The translations under genes and the position numbers were made by a program. A DNA stretch of 64,000 nt from Vitrella brassicaformis CCMP3155 (Eukaryota > Protista > Chromerida): positions 456,233 to 520,232 of the forward strand of contig CDMY01000305.1 in assembly GCA_001179505.1 (NCBI GenBank). Direction: 5' to 3'. The notes below the pieces were generated by a model. The model was not told where the DNA came from, made no database searches, and saw only the letters and a list, made by a program, of their open reading frames with translations. Position 1 is the stretch's first letter; each line of letters begins with the position of its first letter. This document shows positions 51,701 through 62,522 of the stretch, one piece after another.

Positions 51701-51890
51701 TGGTGAGTCGGTGCGATTCATTCTCATGATGTGTTCACCCAGTGGCACTCATCTAGTCGGGTGTCACCGATGTGAATGCGATGGTGGATGGCTCACCTGC
51801 TGCCTCCCTGCCTCCCTGCCTATGTGCCAGGTGCCTGGCTGCCTGGCTGCCGTGTGTGAATAGCTACAGACGGGTGACTGACTAGCTCTG
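48725..51890 (+). repeat. Left arm of inverted segmental duplication (upstream region, ankyrin gene, 3' flank)
   Basis: From aattcatccaaagtgattggggctc onward, homologous to the reverse complement of ~55945-59733. Confidence 0.9.
49296..51509 (+). CDS. Ankyrin-repeat protein, lineage-expanded family (C-terminal VRVPLQCFAIN...FQWQQLG domain), copy A
   Basis: ATG 49296, five phase-consistent exons; ankyrin repeats VMRTLIESGADINAG..LPIRVAI, GKNPMHWAA, LLVANGADVTAVDKLGLSPLHFAA, VLFQAGADI; TGA 51507-51509. Confidence 0.9.
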
Positions 51891-52555
51891 TGACCGTCGT
51901 GATGTGTGGGTGGGTGCTGCTGGATGGATGGATGTGTGTGTGTGTGTGTGGCGACTGACTGACAGACTGACTGACTGACTGAATGACATTGAAAGCGATC
52001 GATTGGTGGTCCGCACGCACAAGAGAAACTAGAAAATATCTTGAAGAGATGAAAACCCGTTTCTTGCCAAACACCTACCTAATCCACCCAGCCATGCCAC
52101 TGGAAACACCTCAATCGGCTGTGAGAAGGGCTGATTGCATTGCTTGAACACAGACAGACAGAGACGTACTGCTGTGCCGCCGCTTGACGGGTTTCTGTGT
52201 ATGTGTGTGTGTGTCCAGTGACCGATGGATGGGCCGTGTGACCAAGAGACAGCATGCAGAGCAGATTGAGTGGTCGATCGTGCTGCTCCATTTGATCATA
52301 TCCATCCATCCATACATGTCACGCCACCGCACGAGGACAAAGAAGTCAACGAACCACACACGCAATTAACGTCTCAGTCAGCTACACAGCCACACGCAGC
52401 CATGTTGCCGGCCTTATACGGGTACGCTCACACGCCTCTGCTCGTCGATTGTAGGCAGGCTGTATGTGTGTGTCAGGCACATGCCAAGGAGAGCCAGCAG
52501 CATGGACGTGTCAATTTGCTCTCTGGGTGCATGTGTGTGTTGGGGGGGGGGGGGG

Positions 52556-52855
52556 NNNNNNNNNNNNNNNNNNNNNNNNNNNNNNNNNNNNNNNNNNNNN
52601 NNNNNNNNNNNNNNNNNNNNNNNNNNNNNNNNNNNNNNNNNNNNNNNNNNNNNNNNNNNNNNNNNNNNNNNNNNNNNNNNNNNNNNNNNNNNNNNNNNNN
52701 NNNNNNNNNNNNNNNNNNNNNNNNNNNNNNNNNNNNNNNNNNNNNNNNNNNNNNNNNNNNNNNNNNNNNNNNNNNNNNNNNNNNNNNNNNNNNNNNNNNN
52801 NNNNNNNNNNNNNNNNNNNNNNNNNNNNNNNNNNNNNNNNNNNNNNNNNNNNNNN
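52556..52855. other. Assembly gap (300 N) flanked by poly-G
   Basis: N run, intergenic. Confidence 0.99.
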
Positions 52856-53141
52856 GGGGGAAGGCTGCTAGGGGCCAACCCTGTTGGTGGCATTCATAGT
52901 CACAATTGATGACTTGTGGCGCCTTGTGCATGGACGAAGAGAATTAAGGACAGACACCCAGTGGCCACATATATCAGGAAAACAGAGTGTCACTGAGCTG
53001 ACCCTGCTGTTCATGCACTCAATCAACTAAAGACTAGTCATATGCGAGTCTAGTACTACCCATGTGTAGCACGCTCGGTGCTCTCACTAGACTACTCACA
53101 GCACTCTCGGCCAAGCCCGTCTCTGCTAATGCCACATCGCG

Positions 53142-54001
53142 TCAGCACGCAACGGCCGCCCGATGCAGGTCAGCAAGTCGACCATTGCAGTTGATAGCGG
53201 CCGCAGAAGCAATGACTCGCCCCCTCCAACTGGCTGCATACACGCCATCACAGACATAGCCACCAATCGTGCGCAGGACAGCATGTGACACCTTACTAGT
53301 AGTCGCCGATCAAGGAGGAGGGAGCCCCCAACATGTTGCCGCCTGCTTCCTTCTCGAAGGCGTGCATCTGTTCTAGTATGTCGCCGCGAGTGATGCCCTT
53401 GGACTGACGACATTCACACAGACTCTTGCACATCACAGATCGATGGCAGTGGTCGTCTCACCGGATCTGATGCCCTGATGGCCAGCGTGTCGGCCGGGTA
53501 GGGGAAGTCGCTGGTTTCGTTGAACGCCATCTCGGACACGATCTCGAAATCCTCTGCGTGCATGGGCATCCATAATCATCAGGCAACAATGAGGTGAAGT
53601 TGAGTGGACTGACTTGGTTTGAGCTCCGGGTGACCATTGTCCAGCGATCCTGCGCTCGTGATGATGACCGATGGAAAAGGGTACACAATCTCCCGCATCC
53701 GCCTGTCGTGCTTCTTCCGCTCCTCCTCGTCCATCTCGGCCAGCAGCTCCTTCATCTCCTCCGAGTCACCGAGGCCTTCAAGGTCGATGAAGTCGGGCTC
53801 ATTCGCACGCCGCTGACCCTTGACCTCATTCAACACCTCCTTCAAGCGCTTCTGCACAAGCACAAGAGGAGATAAGAAGCGGCGAACGAACGATACTCTC
53901 CACTGGGTCGGGCTCACTTCGTAGTCGGCTCTGACTCTCTCCTCGCGAATCCTGGCCTCCCTCAGGAGGGCGGCACGAGTTTCATGAGTTTCGGAACTCA
54001 T
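53142..54001 (-). CDS. Small hypothetical protein (~200 aa, 5 exons)
   Basis: Phase-consistent splicing gives MSSETHETRAALLREARIREERVRADYE|KRLKEVLNEVK...PELKP|KDFEIVSEMAF...RASDP|SKGITRGDILEQMHAFEKE...LIGDYY|QLEGRV...AVAC*. Confidence 0.55.
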
Positions 54002-54361
54002 GCCTCTCCGACCGGCCTGTTTCCAGCAGCGGATCTGCGAGCTTGAAGCAGATCTGACACAGCCGCCACAAAGTGCGTCTGACACAGCGGGCACGACCAC
54101 ACAGACGCCACGAGCATCGCTGACGTCGCTGGTAGACAGATCTGCTGGAATCTCGACACATATGCTGATGATATGCATCTGGCCGATGCGCTTGCCGTGC
54201 TTGCAGGGAGGGAGCGTGCAGACGCACGAAGAATGGAGAGATCTACCTTCCCGCCAGCTCACGAGCATCGCTGACACCGTTGGTACGCAGATTTGCTTCA
54301 CGCGCTGCGAATGTGATCGGGGTGTGTGTGTGTGTGTGATTGCGTTGTACTGCAGGCCGAG

Positions 54362-55507
54362 ATGTCGCAGCCATCGCCCCGAGTCTTGACGCTCGACGAA
54401 GCAGGCAACCAGCTCATCGAGACGGAGCGACAGCTCAAGAACGAAAGATGGCGTGCGACCATGGATATGCGGCTCACGGCTCTCGAGCACCAGCACCAGA
54501 TGGAAGGGCTACAAGTACAGCTGGCAGCCCGCGACGCATCACTGGCAGAGAAGGACAAGCAGCTCCTCAGTGCCCAGGCGGCCGCCAAGGCCGTACAGCA
54601 ATCGACGTCTGTGGGTGCGGGCCTGCTATCTGTCGCTGTCCATGTGCTGCTGGCCGTGGCGCTCATCGGTGTGGTGGCTGTGTCCATGGGATGGTGGGAG
54701 GCTGCTGAGGGCCTCGTGTGCGCCAAGCGAGAGGCGGCTATCGATGACAAGCTCAGAGCGCTTCTGACGGAGAAGGACAAGCAGCTGACCGAAGCGAGAG
54801 AGGCTCACGAGAGGCGACTGGCCGACAGGACGGGCGAGATTGTGGCACTGAAAGGGCAGCTCGCAGACCGGGAGGCGGCCATCGAAACACTCCAACAGAA
54901 GGTGGATGGACCCATCACGCACATGCCTTGGTCTTCTACACCCCCAGCCCCTACGTATGTATGTATGTATGTGTCGGCAGAGCCTCTCGCTCGATGTGAC
55001 TCCCCTCTCGCTCGGGTCAGCAGAGGGCGAGTTAGGCACTTTCATGCGCATCGTGGCAAGAAACACGACCATCCCCATCAAGAAATCGAGAATCCACATG
55101 ACTGTCGTCGACAACCAGGCAATGGTGAAAGGCGAGAGACGGTGTGAAACCCACGCCCAGCTCTGTATGTGCATCTCTCTCATCGATTGTAGATACTCTT
55201 CAAAGTATACGAGGGCGAGAAGCCGATGGCTGAGGACAACCATCTGCTTGGCGAGTTGCTCTTCACCGGCATCCCCCGCGCCCCCAAAGGCAAGGGCAGG
55301 GTCGAGCTGACCTTCGAGATTGACGCCAACGGTATCCTGACCATCGTTGCAACGGAGGAATCCACCGGACACACACAGGTTGGTCGCCTAAGAAGACAGC
55401 ACCACAAAGCATCCGTGACATATCCGTTATATCAGAGCATCACGATTGTGTCGAGTGCGGTCAAGACCCTGGTCGACATCAAAAGAATGGTGCGGCAAAG
55501 CGAATGA
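54362..55507 (+). CDS. Coiled-coil / single TM / coiled-coil protein fused to an isolated Hsp70 substrate-binding beta domain (no ATPase domain, lid truncated)
   Basis: Exon to 54900 (heptads, TM ~54611-54696) splices in phase 0 to [12 protein letters not shown]...[10 protein letters not shown]...DNQAM|[62 protein letters not shown]|[23 protein letters not shown]. Upstream exons from ~54000 are possible. Confidence 0.8.
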
Positions 55508-55944
55508 GCAGATGTTCATGTGTATGTCTGTCGAGCTGCTCATTCGTCTCGTGAATGACGAGTGAGAGTTGCATGCCTGCATCCTTTTTATGCATTTATT
55601 GGTGCCTTCCATTGGCCGTATATTACGATTGCCATGGCGTACGGACGTAAGTGAGGGTAGGTGGGTGCGTGGGGCTGTCGTTTCTATCTGTAAAGTAATT
55701 TTGTCGTCATGTGTGTGAAGTGTTTTCTGTGCTTGCTGCGTGTTTTGTGGACAAGGACAGCCGACCGGCTGTGGATGTGCTTCTGCAAGGGACCGGATGT
55801 CAAGTGCACGTGTGTATCCATGTGTCCAAATGCCCAGTCGACACACACGTCACACTATCATCACAGACACACACGTTCATGCGTGAGTGGTTGAGGTGAC
55901 GAGATCCATCGATCCATCCAGCAGCACCAACATGTGATTTTGTT

Positions 55945-58757
55945 CACACGGCTAGTCACCCGTCTCTAGCTATTGACATGCAGGCAGGCAGGCAGGCAGG
56001 CAGAGAGGCAGCAGCTGAGCCATCCACCATCGCATTCACCTCAGTTACACCCGACTGGATGGGTGCCAGTAGGTGAACACATTATGAGAATGAATCGCAC
56101 GGACTCACCGGTGCCTGTCTGTCCATCTGCTGGCCTGCCTGCCTCCCATTTGGCCGTCCACCCACACCGGAGAAGCAGCGAGTGAGGAAGCGACACCAAC
56201 CTAGTCATGCAAACATCAAAACCTGCCCGCCCGTCTGGCTGTCCATCCCCCTCATCCATCCATCCATCCGTCCATCCATCCATGTAGCTACGTGCCCCGC
56301 TCGCTCATCTCACGTCAGCTGCAGCGGTGTGAAGGTCGCTCTGCCGTCCCGGCCCCTCTCGACGCACCCCAGCTGCTGCCACTGGAACTGGCAGTCGTCA
56401 TCCCCCAGATGCTCGTTGAAGCCCTTGACCAGCCCCGCCACGCCATGCTGCGCCACCTCGTCCAGCCGCGCCCTGTGCACCACCTCACGCACACCCAGCA
56501 GCCGGTGCTGCCCGCCCTGCTGTCCCGCATTGATGGCGAAGCACTGCAGCGGCACCCGCACCATCTCGCCGCCCACATTGGCCATCTCGCCCACCACCTC
56601 CCTGTTGCTGCTGGCCTCGTACACTGACGAGCGGACGGAATGCTCGACAGCCGCACGCACACGCCGGGCCATGGCGGAGTGGCGGGAGGGGATGGACCCA
56701 GTGATGGTCTGGGTGGCGGCCGCCATGTCGAAGAGGTACGATGCGATGCGCCAGGCGAAGATGGGGGCCTCCTGCGGGCCGACGACCAGCCGGGGGGCGA
56801 GCAAGGCCGCAAGCGACCGCTGAGGGGCGAGGGCGGCGTTGATGGCAGCCATGACGTCATCCGGCAGATTGTTGAGTACTGTCGCGTACTCGGGCAGCAC
56901 CAGCTGGCGACGACGGCGGTCCTCCTCTGTGGCAGTGAGCATGAGGGCGATGTCAGCGCCCGCCTGGAGCAGCACACGGATGGTGGTCTTGACGTGGGGG
57001 ATCCGGACGGTGAGGCGGTCCCTCACGGCCTGCCCCGTGTTGTCTTCCTGCAGCTGTTGGATGTCCTCATCGAGCCGTTCGGCAGCGACGGTGAGGGGTG
57101 TGTAGGTGGGGTCATTCGGGGTCCCTCTGTTGATGTCGGCAGCGGTGAGACGCCGACACAGAGAGGCAGCGACACGGTGGGAGCCGCAGGGGCAGAGTGC
57201 CGCGAAGTGCAATGGCGTGCGTCCACCCATCATGTCCACGGCCGTGATGTCGGCCCCGTTGGCCACCAGCAGGTCGATGTAGCTCTCGATGAACTGCTGG
57301 GACCAGACGGGAGGTCTCAGGGCCGCACTATGCAGCAGATTCATGCCACCCAGGTCCCGCTCGGTTGCGAGTGTGGTGTCACGCTGGATGAGCTGTCGGT
57401 AGAAGGACAGCAGGATGGCCTCGTGAGCCTCAGTGGGCTGGTCCGTCGGCAATGTGCGCACCTGCATCGCCGCCTCCCGTCCGCGCAGCTGGATGCCTGG
57501 AACAGGCAGACAGACAGAAAGACAGACAGACAGACATCATGATGTGTGTTCCGTGTCGTGAGTGCTGTGAATGGGTGTGCACCTGGGTGGCCCATCAGCA
57601 GGTTGAAGGCGGCCCGGTTGCACGACGCGAGGGCCACCCGGATGGGTCTAGACAAATGGCTACCGCCATTGATGCCCGCCCCTCTCTGGATGAGAGCACG
57701 CATGACGGCGAGCTGGAGTCCTGGCGTCTCCCACGTGGGCATGGCGACGGGAGAGGCGTCACCGCAGTCGCCTGCCCAGATGGACGGCAGACTGTTGTCC
57801 GTGAGATTGTCGATGCACAGCGCCACCAGCGGGTAGGCTTGATAGCGACCCGTGGTGCCCGTCACCCGCAGCAGTGGCTCCACGTTGAGGTCGGCTCCCT
57901 TCTGCTGAATCAGCTGCGTCACCTGCTGTGCGTCAGTGATGGTGCGGCGAATGATGGATTCGGACAGCTGTCTGCTGGCGTAACTGGTGCCAAGAGGGAA
58001 GCGGACGTCGACGACCCCCTCCTTCAAGCTATTCCAGCCAGATGGTAACGGCGCACCTGGTGGGACAGCGTCCACAGGGGAGGGTGGTATGTGTGTTGGT
58101 GGTGGGTGATTTGCTGACCTATCTCCGGTCTGTCGGCCCTGCCGGCTGCCCTGCTGCCCATCGGATCCGTCACCATCGATACCAGCACCGATAGCACGAT
58201 CCCCACCAGCACTACTTACGCCCCCTCCGAGGCAGGACAGGGGCGGCGGGTGATGCGCATGGCCGCTCAGCGTCAGACCAGTGGATGGAAGGACACCAAC
58301 ACCAGCAGCAGGATGGGGAGCGGGGGGACGCTGCACACACCATCCACAACACAACACAATTCACAACACAACCATGCCATCATCGTGTCCTGGTGCTGAC
58401 TGAGGGGCAGAGGAGGCATGCAATCACCTGTGGCTGTTGGGCACTGGGCAGGTTGGCGGCGGGCTGGTGCCTTTGGCTGTCTCCCTTGGCCCTCTTGTGC
58501 TCCTCACGCTCCAGAGGAGAGCCGGCACGCTTCACAACACCTACACCTACACCTTCACACACATACACACACGACCCAGACAATGATGACGTGCTGCGTC
58601 AGGCTGGCTGTGGTGCATTCATTGACTACCTGTATAGCTGGATGACGATGCTGCTGCTTGTGGCCCATCCACCGCCCTTGCCTTGAGATGAATGGCCTGC
58701 CGTTTACCGCGGCGGGACAACCGATGACACACACACGTACCGGAGAGTGGGTGAAGG

Positions 58758-58789
<32 letters not shown>

Positions 58790-59733
58790 GCGGTGCTCTC
58801 GTTCGTTGGCGTACCGGCGATGGCATGTGAGAGGGCTCTGTCATGGAGGCGTTGTTCCTCTGCCTCACGACGACATTGTTCACCGCTCCACCGCCCGGAC
58901 GGCCCTCCTGGCGCTCCTCCAGGTCCACTGGGCGCCGCACGTCACCGCCGCCATCTTGCCCTGCACGCTCTAAATCGTTTGCAAAGATGGTGACACACAC
59001 ACACACACACACAACGATGCTGTGTGTGTGACGTGCTGCATATTTGTCTGAGTTGAGTGTACCTTCATCGCCATCGCCACCATCCGCCGGGCCAGCGGAG
59101 GCCATGTCGGTGTCGGGACGACCAGACATCACTCACACACAGATAGAGCTGCACCATGGACCACACAGACACAGAGATGGGCGGCCACCTGGTGTGTGTG
59201 TTGTGTGCATCAGTGCTGTGCTTGCCTATCAAGAGTTGGAGTCGGCGGGCATCTGTACACAAAGCCGCTCAATCAACCAGTCCGCCCGTCGACGAGGCAG
59301 ACCTGCTTGAGACCACCAACACACACAGACAGCAAACAGATCATCCGTCATGGTGTGCTTGTGAGTTATCCAACCGGCGCATGTTCCCACTCACCGTCGG
59401 ACGAGAAGCCGCTATAGCTACGATAATCCATCGGGGCAATACGTAGTGTGGACCCTCGAGATGGATCAGGCACCACGAGAAGCGGCTGATCTTGGGCCGA
59501 GCGGCGGACATACGGACTTCTCTGCTCCGGAGGGCCTCACTGTGCCTCCACTGGCTCACCAAGAGAACCTCGTAAGGACGAAATCGCTCATTCTTCTCCC
59601 CCTCCCTCCCCAGCTCGCATCGATCGGCTCCCGGGTTGGCAGATGAGTGCGAAGGAGCCCTTCTGTGGGCTCACAGGGCTCATCAGGTGCCAATTATTCA
59701 GCCGCAGCGAGCCCCAATTACTTTGGATGAATT
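55945..59733 (-). repeat. Right arm of inverted segmental duplication
   Basis: Reverse complement matches 48725-51890, including the 5' noncoding region, exon 1, ankyrin exons and ~380 bp of 3' flank. Confidence 0.9.
56310..59105 (-). CDS. Ankyrin-repeat protein, lineage-expanded family, copy B (longer low-complexity N-terminus)
   Basis: ATG 59105 (MASAGPADGGDGDE, same as copy A); ankyrin exon ~57487-56310 closely similar to copy A; exon-2 acceptor mutated AG>AA at 58979. Confidence 0.85.
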
Positions 59734-60324
59734 CCTCTCAGTGGGTAGAGCGGCTCACATGGCTCGCTATGCGTGTGTCAGGGTGTCGTGCCTCATTTAA
59801 GATGGGTTGCTTTTAAGCGATGGAATGAGCAGGTCGCGGGATATCCAGGTGTGTTGTGCCTCATCATTGACAGACTCACGCCCGCAACGTTTGTGTCTGC
59901 ACTCTTCGTGAACGACAAAGAGCGGTCATCACTTCACACACACGGACGCGACCACATGAGAAACAAACACAAGAGCAGCAGCATCCGACCTATTCAACCA
60001 CTGGATGGACAGGTAGACAGATCTTCAGGCATTCTATCGAGAAATCTCGCCAAGCATTCAGTCGCAGCAAGTGTCTCACTCACTCGTCGTAGACTGCTGT
60101 TGTTGGATAGAGACTCGTGGAGAGCAAGGGAGGGGGAGGGGGGGGAGGGCGTGACAGGTGGTGGTCGAATCGTGTCTCTGTGTGTATGTGTGTGCGTGTG
60201 TGCGTGTGCATGATTGACACCATTGCGCGGTTGAGCGAGTCTGGTTCGAGTCCATATGAACGGAATCACTTGCATCCCCCACCAACAAACATGTGTCTGC
60301 AAAAAGCGAGCGTATATATAGAAC

Positions 60325-60624
60325 NNNNNNNNNNNNNNNNNNNNNNNNNNNNNNNNNNNNNNNNNNNNNNNNNNNNNNNNNNNNNNNNNNNNNNNNNNNN
60401 NNNNNNNNNNNNNNNNNNNNNNNNNNNNNNNNNNNNNNNNNNNNNNNNNNNNNNNNNNNNNNNNNNNNNNNNNNNNNNNNNNNNNNNNNNNNNNNNNNNN
60501 NNNNNNNNNNNNNNNNNNNNNNNNNNNNNNNNNNNNNNNNNNNNNNNNNNNNNNNNNNNNNNNNNNNNNNNNNNNNNNNNNNNNNNNNNNNNNNNNNNNN
60601 NNNNNNNNNNNNNNNNNNNNNNNN
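60325..60624. other. Assembly gap (300 N)
   Basis: N run downstream of the HEN1 stop codon. Confidence 0.99.
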
Positions 60625-60727
60625 GCCCCGGCCCGCCCCCCCCCCTGGCGGCACAAACTGCACATCCGTCCATCCATCCATCCATTTCTCTCATGCATGC
60701 AGCAGTGAAGCAGCCAGGCAACCGCTG

Positions 60728-62487
60728 TCACCACGCTTCTTCGTCGTCTTCCCAATCCATCGCCACCACCGCCCTACCCTGCTGCTCCTGCTGCTGCTGG
60801 TGGTGGTCCTGATGCTCGACGTCGTCTCCCCAGCCGCCCCAGCCGCCCCATCCACCGCTCTCCTGCTCCTGCTTTCCGTCCTCCTCCCCATCGATGGCCA
60901 TGGCCTGGTCGATGGTGTCGTCGTCCATCTCGTCTTCTGGTTCGGTGTCAGAGTGGATGGATGGGGGCGGGGTGAAGGAGACCGTCACCAGTGACGGCTG
61001 AGAGGGGTCGGCGAAGGAGAAGTGGTGGTCGTCAGAGAGGACCTGGAGCAGCGTCTGCTGGTCGTTCAGACACAGACGACGGAGCTGCACACACACACAC
61101 ACACACTCACACAAGGCGCCACAGACAGGCATCCATCGATCCATTTACACGCCCATCCATTAATGTATCTGATCTGCGTGTCTGCCCACACACTAACTCA
61201 CTCACTGACCTCTTTGGCGCTCTCAGTGTCTTCCTGCCACACGTCGGTGAGGTCGAGGGTCTGGTCGGGGATGGCCTCGGCCTCGACCTCGAGCTCCTCA
61301 TCGGTGGGCCGGCCATAGGGTTCCATCGGGGGCCTGACACACACCGGACACCACCTAGCCACAGAGCCACCGACAGGTGGTGTCCGTATGCTCGTGGGTC
61401 TGGTGTTGTGTGTGCCCATGTGTGTGGGGGGTGGGGGAGGGTGGGGCTTACTGTGCAAAGCGCTGGACGAGACCGACAATCCGAGACTGACAAACAAAGA
61501 CACAGACAGACAGACAGACAGTGATAGATGCTCGCTATGTAGGTCTCACTCCTTTGTCTCTCTCTCTGTCTGTCTGTCTGACCGTCGCTGGATCGCTCAC
61601 CGTTCGGTCGTATCCCTCGTCCCTCACACTGGGCCACCAGAAGCCGTCGAAGTCCTTCCACCCCGCCACTTCCCCGCCCCCGCCCCCGCCCCCTGCACCA
61701 ATGGCTGCACCGCCATCATCCTTCCTCCGAAACACAGCACACTGAGTGCAGCACCCATACGCCTGGGACATGGCCCACGCGGCGGCATCCGGCGCACACT
61801 CGGTCGTGTACGGCACACCCAGCACACTGCTCGTAGCTGCGGCCGTGGCTTTGCCTGAGGCGTCGATGTAGCTGTCGGGCGGCAGCAGCCTGACGATGCC
61901 GAATGGCTTGCCGTGTCGCGAGTGGCTGAGCGTGGTAGGGTTGGTGTAGATGAAGGTGGGCGTGTTGGTGTTGGTGTGTGACGGAGAGGGAGAGGGAGAG
62001 GGAGAGGGAGGGGGAGGGGGAGGCAGGAGAGAGGGCGGCGTTGGGTGGGCCGGTGTCGGCGAGCCGACGCCGACGAAGAAGACGTCATAGTTGGGGTAGC
62101 TCTTGCAGACGGACAGGCACCACTCCTATCGCCAGACAGACAGACAGACACACAGACACAGACCAGCGTTGGCATTTTTGCGTTGGCGCGGGTTCGTGCG
62201 CTTGGTCACCTGGAACTCCTGGCGCGTCCACTCGAACTTGTGATCAGAGTGGCGAACGAAACTGCACACGTGGACACACACAGCCAAATGCACCATTTGT
62301 CCTTTCCCCAGCGTGTGTGTGTGTGTGAGAGTGGGCACGTTGGTTTGTCGGAGAAGAGGGGGTTGAAGTCTTTGTTTGGCGTGGTGACGAGGCACATGGC
62401 TGGGCAAAGGTCGCCAAAGATGCTCTTGCTGAGGGCCGGCAGGTCAGCAGGCTGCAAATGCTCAATCCTGGCGAGTAGCGTCACACA

Positions 62488-62522
<35 letters not shown>

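Noticed and set aside
48725-59733. Autonomous DNA transposon with giant terminal inverted repeats
   Set aside because: No transposase, integrase or helicase in the core, no target-site duplication, and the arms have diverged. Kept only as an inverted duplication.
59737-59752. tRNA A-box-like CTCAGTGGGTAGAGCG at the edge of the inverted repeat
   Set aside because: No B-box or cloverleaf at the right distance.
60243-60253. tRNA B-box-like GGTTCGAGTCC
   Set aside because: T-stem pairing is incomplete and there is no acceptor stem or proper A-box upstream.
41147-60994. ORFs containing long X runs
   Set aside because: Artefacts of translating through the N gaps.
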